Positions 56,613-64,000 of a DNA stretch of 64,000 nt are shown piece by piece. Position 1 is the stretch's first letter, and each line of letters opens with the position of its first letter. The DNA is from the human T2T-CHM13v2.0 reference genome, Homo sapiens. A model generated the notes under the pieces. The model did no database searches. It worked only from the letters and a program-made list of their open reading frames with translations, and was not told where the DNA came from. A program made the position numbers and the translations under genes. The stretch is from NCBI RefSeq assembly GCF_009914755.1, contig NC_060942.1, one strand, 5' to 3'.

Positions 56613-57189
56613 CCCTGGCTTTCAGTGCAAACATGCCTCACAACTATTTCTCCACTCTGAAACCTCCCATTTGATTCTGTTTGGGTTCATTCTTTTCCCC
56701 AGAACAGCAAAAGGCAGGACAGATTGAAAACAGGCTACTGTTTACAAAAGTTAGGACATTAAAGAAGGAAAGGATTTGTTGGAGAGTTCTCAAGCCTGTG
56801 GTCCCTAAGTCATTCTTGTTAACTTGTGGTGAGCCAAAATTTTATACCTGTAACCTTTGCTCTGCTACTGGGAAGTCCTAGGTGGGTTGTTATAGGGAGC
56901 AAAAAGTACATCAGATGTGAAAATAGTTTAAAATTTAGTTATATAAAGGCATACCTCCTCTCTATTCACATTTATGTAATAAACCCTTCCGTTACCAGGA
57001 AAACTCCATAGCTTCCAAATATCCATTTCATTTGAACTGCTTTTTAGGTGATAGAGAATAACTCTTCCTCTTCCAGTTAAAAAGGAAAGAAAAAATGTCA
57101 CACATGTGCATTCCTAACATTACACCAAGAGTTCAACCTGGAAATTTTAATACATTCAGACTTTGGGCATTATAAACAAGTTCCCAAAA

Positions 57190-58165
57190 CATAAATGAGA
57201 TTGCACAGTATTTTTTGGTTGCCTTCTTTTACATAGCATGAGCATCTTGAGATTTATCTACATTGCTGTGAATATCAATAATTCATTTCTTTTATTAATA
57301 AGTAGCATACCATTATATGTTTTACTACAGTTTGTTTACCCATTTACTTATTGAAAAACACTTGATTTGGTGACTAACGACTAATGATGCTGACCATTTG
57401 TTTCACATACTTGTTTGCCATCCATTTATCTTCTTTGATAAAATATCTATCCAGATCTTCTTTTTATTTTTTTATTCGGTGGGTTTTTTTCCTTACAATT
57501 GAAGGTTGAGAGTTATCTCTTTATTCTGAATACAAATTCTTTATTAGATCTGTATTTTAAAATATTTTCTCCCAGTTCATGGCTTACTTTTTCATTCTAT
57601 TATCATGTCCTTGAAGGTCAGAAATTCTTAATTTGGGTATACTTTATTTTATCAATATTTTTATGTCATGAATTATGTTTTTAGTAACAAATCTAACCCA
57701 AGGTCTTGACAATTTTACAGTATGTTGTCTTCTAGAAATTGTATCGTTTTAGGCTATACATTAGGTCTAAGATCCATTTGAGTTAATTTTTGCATAAGCT
57801 ACAGAGGTATAAATTAAAATTATTTTTTTCTTTTTTCTTTTCTTCCTTATTTTTCTTTCTATTTTGCAATATCCCATTATGTCTTCATCTACTTGTTTTA
57901 AATGGATATCTACTTGTTTTAAAACCATTTGCTAAAAAGGATAACCTTCTTCTACTGAATTGCTTTTGTAATTTTGTTGAAAAGCACCTATTAATATGTG
58001 TTTACATGTATTTCTGGAATCTATATTCTGTCCATTAAACTTCTTATCTACCTTTACTTCAATACCACCCTGTATTGAACACTGTTGTTTCATAAGAAGT
58101 CTCGAAACCAGACAGTACTGGTCCTCCAACTTTATTGTTTTTTTCAGAGTTATTTGGGCTATGCT
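57190..58165 (-). mobile_element. Ancient L1M fragment (3'UTR and ORF2 end)
   Basis: ttgccatccatttatcttctttg, gatccatttgagttaattttt, gtcctccaactttatt. Confidence 0.8.
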
Positions 58166-60361
58166 GAATTAAACATCCAAACTAAACTTAATAAGAAAAA
58201 TTTAAGAAGTTACTGAAAAAAACATGAATATGTAGAGCAATTATAGCTCAAAGATTTGTTTAAGAAACTTATTTTTTTGGAATATCAGCAATAACATGAA
58301 GAAGAGTTTTGTTATCAAAACCCATTGTGAAATTCTTCGTTAAGTGATGTAAACATATTTCCTGGCAGAAAGACTTCTCAGGACCTTTAATAGGATAACA
58401 CATGTTGGGACTCTCCAAGAAAAAGATCCATCAAGCTTCATTTTACAAAGATCTTTGACTATGGGTGCTTTAATCATCTAACGAGACAATGTTCCACAGA
58501 ACTTCTTTGGGAAGCAGTTAGTAGACAACAGAGAGTCACACAACACATAGTTGCTGTTTCTAGAGACTGTCTAGTTGGATTAGCCCAGTGAGAGAGAAAG
58601 ATTGAGATGGGTAGAAAAGACAATTTGAGAGGAGCAGAAAAAGGAACAATAACTTAAGCTCTGGAAATAGGAAGTAGAACATTCAGACACATGTTATATA
58701 TAGAAAAGAAAAAGTGTCCTATGGAAAGATTTAGTTAATGGAAAGGCATATAGAATTATCTCACTCCATGATTCCTCTTACAGAGAAACTTGGAAAGAAA
58801 AAAAATACCAAGAGATGTAAGTACCAGTCCTAAAAATGCATGAAGAGATGTGAAAGTACATAACATGATTCATTGTCAGAATGAGAGCTAGTGATGCAAT
58901 TGCTCTCAAAGGTCAGAAGAGGAAGAACTCATGCTCAACTGGGTGGGTGAAATGTGTCATTTAACTCAGTCCAGTATAGAAAATCATAAAAGCTGCATCC
59001 TTATCTACCCTTTGTATGTTCATGGTCACTACTTGTGTTTGCACTGGGCAGTTCTTCCATATTTGAGACTCTATAATTATGCGGCACATCTCTGGTTGTT
59101 TGTTCTATTTGCAGACAGATCATCCTGGCCTTTGTATCACAGGAGGAGGTCTCTTCCAGACACACTTCTCTGTGCCTCTGGCCTTGTCACTATTTCCCTA
59201 TCATTATGAGCCTAACAGGTTTGCACTGGATATTCCTTAATTTTTCATTTTTTTTCTGTTTATCCTTCATACCTTCTCAACCCTCAGCTTCTATGATGCT
59301 CCAATATGCTATAAGGGTTGGGTTTAGAAGTGCACAGAAGATGATTGCCCATTCAGGTATGGGGTGAGCTAGATTCTCCATGCGTGGCTTAGTGGCAGCT
59401 AAGCGAGGGGAAGCTTACATTGATCATAACCTCATATAAGTGAGAGAATGTCTTTAGTCTTTATCAGGTTCAGAAAAAAGTTACCCCAAGTAAAAGAAAC
59501 AAGAAGGGATCAGAAAATACCATGAAATGGGGAGTGTTAGAAGCTCAGTCCAAAAAGGAATGGAAGAATTCAAAACTTTGAGCTTAAATGAGTCAGACAG
59601 ATAATACTAAACACACAAAGGGAATGTTGAGGGCTGTGAAGTACTCAAGAGGGCATGCCCAGCCTAAAAGCATTTCACTTCATGTTGCAAAGCCCTCCTC
59701 TGGTGAAATGAAAACACCTCTAACGGCTCATGTCTCAGGTCAGAATCAAAAAGAGCTGGGCAATGAATCTCGTCAGAACCTTTACCGCTACATTCATTCA
59801 ATAAGCAGGCATTTATTAAGCAAGAACTGTGTCAAACACTAGGGATATATGTTAAATAAAATCCAATGCTCAACTACAAATAGCTTGCAATCTACTTGAG
59901 GGACAAATATCTGTCTGAGAAATTAAAGTGAGACTTCCAGATGAGATGACACTTGATGAGATTTTATGTAACTGGGACTTACTTAGCCAATCAGATTTTA
60001 GTACTTAACAGCAGATATGAGAATTTCTTTGCCGACAATGGGCTGTGATGACATCGTCCCATTCCTTGTGACTGTTTTTATCCTGCTTGTTTTGCTATAA
60101 AAATATCCTAAGCGCACATACACACACACACACACGCTCACACGATCCAATAAATATCAAGGCTTCATTGGAAGTATAGCAAGAAATACCAAACTTTACC
60201 TTTTTCATAATTTCTTCTATAGCTAACCCTGTACCCCATGAGAAATGTGAATATCAAGAATGTGAGATGCTTTTTCCTTTGACACCTTCAGAATCTAAAC
60301 AAGACAATGAGTTTTGATACATTGGATAGTTATATCTATAAACAAAAAGTAGATTTGAAAT

Positions 60362-61234
60362 TCAGGATGGTTTGAGGACAGTAAGGTTAAATTGGATCTG
60401 GCTTTTCTTATTCTTCCCATCCTTCTCTGCCTTTGACCTCCAATGCCATGAGGAATGTTCTGGACCCACCCTATTGGGAACAGAGTCACAGAAATGCCTC
60501 TGGACCCTGATAATGGCTAGTGAAATGTTACTGCCCTTTTGGTGAAGATCTGGGCTTGTGAGGAGGGGTGGACTTGCCTGAGAACTTATTTTGTAACTGG
60601 AGCAGCCCAATAGACATACAGGAATTACTATTTTCCTCAACAGTCTCAGAAAAAATTGAGAAACACTCATTCCCCTTGTCTGCCTCTTGTCCTCATGGAT
60701 TTTGAGCAAAATTTTTACTTTTGTCCTCCACTCAGGTAAAGTCTTGGCAACTGTGCTGCCCTTTGCCATCTCTTCACTTTGATTTGGGGCCAGGAGCAAA
60801 TCCAAATTATAAGGACACGTAAAAACAGAGCACAGAACATTAGCATTTCCAGTGTACCACACCGGGAATCTCGGCATTTTCAATATATATTTAAAATAAC
60901 AGAGTGAGACAAGCTGCTGCCTTCCCTCAAAATTGCCAACGTATGCTCCAAGATCTCCTGCATTTTGCATTGTGTCAGTCTGTGTCAGAGGTTTCAGGAA
61001 AGGTAATATAGAAGATGAATGAAAGTCTATCATTGCAGTGCCAAGATGAAAAAGTGACAGCTCATAATGAAAAGAAAAATAGTTTCCATTTTGGGCCTCT
61101 GTAAGTAAGAAAGTGACAGAGTCTTGGGAACTGTGAGCCTGAAAAATGGTCCCTTTGACAGACATGCCTGTAAGTGAGAGGGCCCCGGATATAATACCAC
61201 CTATAATAGAGGGAATAATGATTATTTTAGGCAT
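60362..61234 (-). CDS. Orphan 290-aa ORF of unknown status
   Basis: ATG-initiated, uninterrupted, non-repetitive; no recognisable domain; coding status unproven. Confidence 0.2.
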   Translation of the reverse strand: MPKIIIIPSIIGGIISGALSLTGMSVKGTIFQAHSSQDSVTFLLTEAQNGNYFSFHYELSLFHLGTAMIDFHSSSILPFLKPLTQTDTMQNAGDLGAYVGNFEGRQQLVSLCYFKYILKMPRFPVWYTGNANVLCSVFTCPYNLDLLLAPNQSEEMAKGSTVAKTLPEWRTKVKILLKIHEDKRQTRGMSVSQFFLRLLRKIVIPVCLLGCSSYKISSQASPPLLTSPDLHQKGSNISLAIIRVQRHFCDSVPNRVGPEHSSWHWRSKAEKDGKNKKSQIQFNLTVLKPS

Positions 61235-62029
61235 TTCATGATTTTGAATAAATCCTTGACTACTCCCCAGAAAATGGAGTTGAAAGGAATCTAGGAAGAG
61301 TGGTGGGTTAATTTAAGGAATAAATTACCACTTTTTTTCTTTTATGCCTAAGTTGGTTAAATATATTTTTGTCAAAAATGACCAAAAGCCAATAGTATTA
61401 ATTTAAAAATTGCCTCCACAGGGATAAAAAAATTGCCACCCTAGAATCTTCCTGCAGGGTTTTGTTTCTTTTTGGCCAAATCTTTTAGAATTAAGTTCTA
61501 GATTAGTTATTGCAATTCAGTGTTTGCAAACTAATTGAATTGAACTAAATTCAAGCTAAGACAACAGTGTAAAATACTAATATATTTTTAAGTTCAATTC
61601 CAAATTTCAAGATACTTGGTATTATCTGAGAAACTATTTTCATTTTTCTTTAATAGCTGGTATTGCTTGGATGCAGCCTCAGATGTTAGCCCATTTGCAG
61701 CGTTTACAATTACTTACTCTGCATAATTTCTGTATCCATCTTAAAATAAATACAACCAGAAACACACTTCCAACTCATTTAACAAATGCTAGGTCAGTGG
61801 CTCTTCCTTGTACATTTGCTCTAGTGAGAGCACAGAGTATTGTATTGATTTCTTAAACTAGGCTATACAAAATCGTTCTCAGAATTGGAGCTCCTAGAGT
61901 TTCCACTCTCTTGGTTTCAACCATCAACTAAAAGAAATAAATGATCACTAAAAAAGTTATTGCTACCCACTGAGAGCTCAAGAGTGGAGCCTGAGGGAGA
62001 ATGTGAATTTATTTATCACAGAGCCTTAG

Positions 62030-62330
62030 ACCTGTAAGGAACTATAGTGGTCTCCAGCCTGGGCTCTGCTCAACACTCCTGGTGGTAGGGAATTGGATGC
62101 TTCTCACATGTCTATTCCCTTTCAGAGCAGCTCTAACTATCAAAAGAGCTTCTTGACTTCAAGTCCATATCAATCTTCCTCCAACAGGTGTTCTTTGGTC
62201 CTGTCTGGCACCCTGAAAATACAGACAAAGGATCTATTTTTGTTCTGAAGAACAGCCATGTGCCTATTTGTTAGTAGATACCTTGTTGACCGTGGACAAC
62301 CCTCTTACCAATCTTTTCCCCAAAGGAAAG
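62030..62330 (-). mobile_element. L3/CR1 3' fragment
   Basis: gagcagctctaactatcaaaagagcttctt resembles L3 read antisense. Confidence 0.45.
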
Positions 62331-62382
62331 TTGAGTTATAAAGAACACCAAGAGGAGCCACAAAGAAGAAAAGACCCAGCTC

Positions 62383-62760
<378 letters not shown>

Positions 62761-62849
62761 TCATCGTGCTATGAAGTGACCATGTCCATATCCACGTGGG
62801 GGCCTTGGCCACAAAAGAGTAGAAAACACAGTCTTTCTGAGTAACTGAG

Positions 62850-63020
62850 TTGTCATCCGGGTCAGACTCTTGCAGGTTTTGTTGTCACAGGCCAATTATT
62901 TTACTTTCTGAGCTTCATCTGTAGAATGGCAATAATTTCAATCTGTTCCAGTTGCAAAAATTAAGTTAGTTAGAATGTATAAAGCTCCTGGAAAATAGTC
63001 AGTATTCAATAAATAGTAGT
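62850..63020 (+). mobile_element. MIR SINE
   Basis: tctgagcttcatctgtagaatgg...tattcaataaatagtag. Confidence 0.65.
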
Positions 63021-63951
63021 TCCTGTTTCCCCAAGGCTTATGATTGAATTTTAGTTACCTTTGTTTTCTGAATAAATGGTGCATAATAGATACTCTGAAA
63101 ATATTTGGGGAAATGGGAAGGGAGGTAGAGATGGAGGAAAGAGATTTCAATTTGTTTCACAATGGGGATTGCGGAGACAGGGCAAAGTCATAGTGTATAA
63201 ATGGGGTTCTCAGCTTTCTTTTATTTGGCTTTTAAATACACCATGTCCCTAAGTCACAGCAGTGTTGGGTGTTTGAATACAGTGTCTGGAATAATCACTG
63301 TGGTCCATCTTCCCAGAGACTACTTCTGAGCAAAAGTCAAAATAGGAAAGTTCATGAATAACACTGGAGAAAGTACATTTTGGTATAATAAGTCTCAGAA
63401 AAATAAAGGCTAAAATTCTGAGTTAGTACAAAGAAGCAGTTCCTGATGCTGAGATTTATTAGTAAAGGACAATCTGTCCAACTAAATGCAGGCAGCTTCC
63501 GCTCTCAAAATAAAAAACCAGAATGGACAAAAGGCAGAGGAAGAGACTGTATTATTCTGGGAACAATGCAACTCTGAAAAGATGGTGAAGAGATGCCCTA
63601 ATAGATCTTTCATTCCTCACACTCATTCACCAAGAACAAACAGCACAAAGAGAATGAGCATTTTCTCAGGGTGCTGAGAATAAGAAGAATAATTTCCTGA
63701 ATGGAGCTTACTGTTAATCAAAGTGGTTTTTTGTGCACTCATAAGGGTATGATATGCAAAAGCACTGGATTATGATTTTGAGAGGGAAAATGAGACAAGA
63801 ACATGTCTCAAATACTTGGTTTTTGCACCATAGTTTCCTGTCTGCTTCCTATTTGTTTGCTCATCTCCAGCCCAGTAACTTAGTTCTTGTACTCACCACT
63901 ATGCACTCTGCTTTCATTGTTTAGAAATGAGAACCACCTTACCATCACAAC

Positions 63952-63954
<3 letters not shown>

Positions 63955-63985
<31 letters not shown>
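63955..63985. repeat. (CA)n microsatellite
   Basis: About 15 perfect CA units. Confidence 0.97.
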
Positions 63986-63988
<3 letters not shown>

Positions 63989-64000
63989 TGTGTGTACACT

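Overview
Human non-coding, repeat-rich euchromatin (intergenic or deep intronic); an AluYb8 with its diagnostic 7-bp duplication indicates Homo sapiens. No recognisable host protein-coding exon, RNA gene or CRISPR array. The dominant feature is a full-length sense-strand L1PA2-type LINE-1 (35376-41413, TSD-flanked). It has an intact 1275-aa ORF2, an ORF1 broken by one extra A in an A10 run, and an antisense ORF0 that is frameshifted and carries a consensus splice donor. It is nested in the ORF1 of an ancient L1M element, followed by an AluJ, a 600-bp polypurine tract and a half Tigger1. The rest comprises about 12 Alus, five MaLR solo LTRs all in one orientation, L2/MIR/CR1/MER relics and microsatellites. 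The main unexplained signal is a 290-aa ORF (316 stop-free codons) in apparently unique sequence at 60362-61234 on the minus strand. There are also several candidate + strand non-coding exons and motif-dense putative enhancers. Repeat subfamily calls and boundaries of old repeats are by eye from recalled consensus sequences and are approximate.
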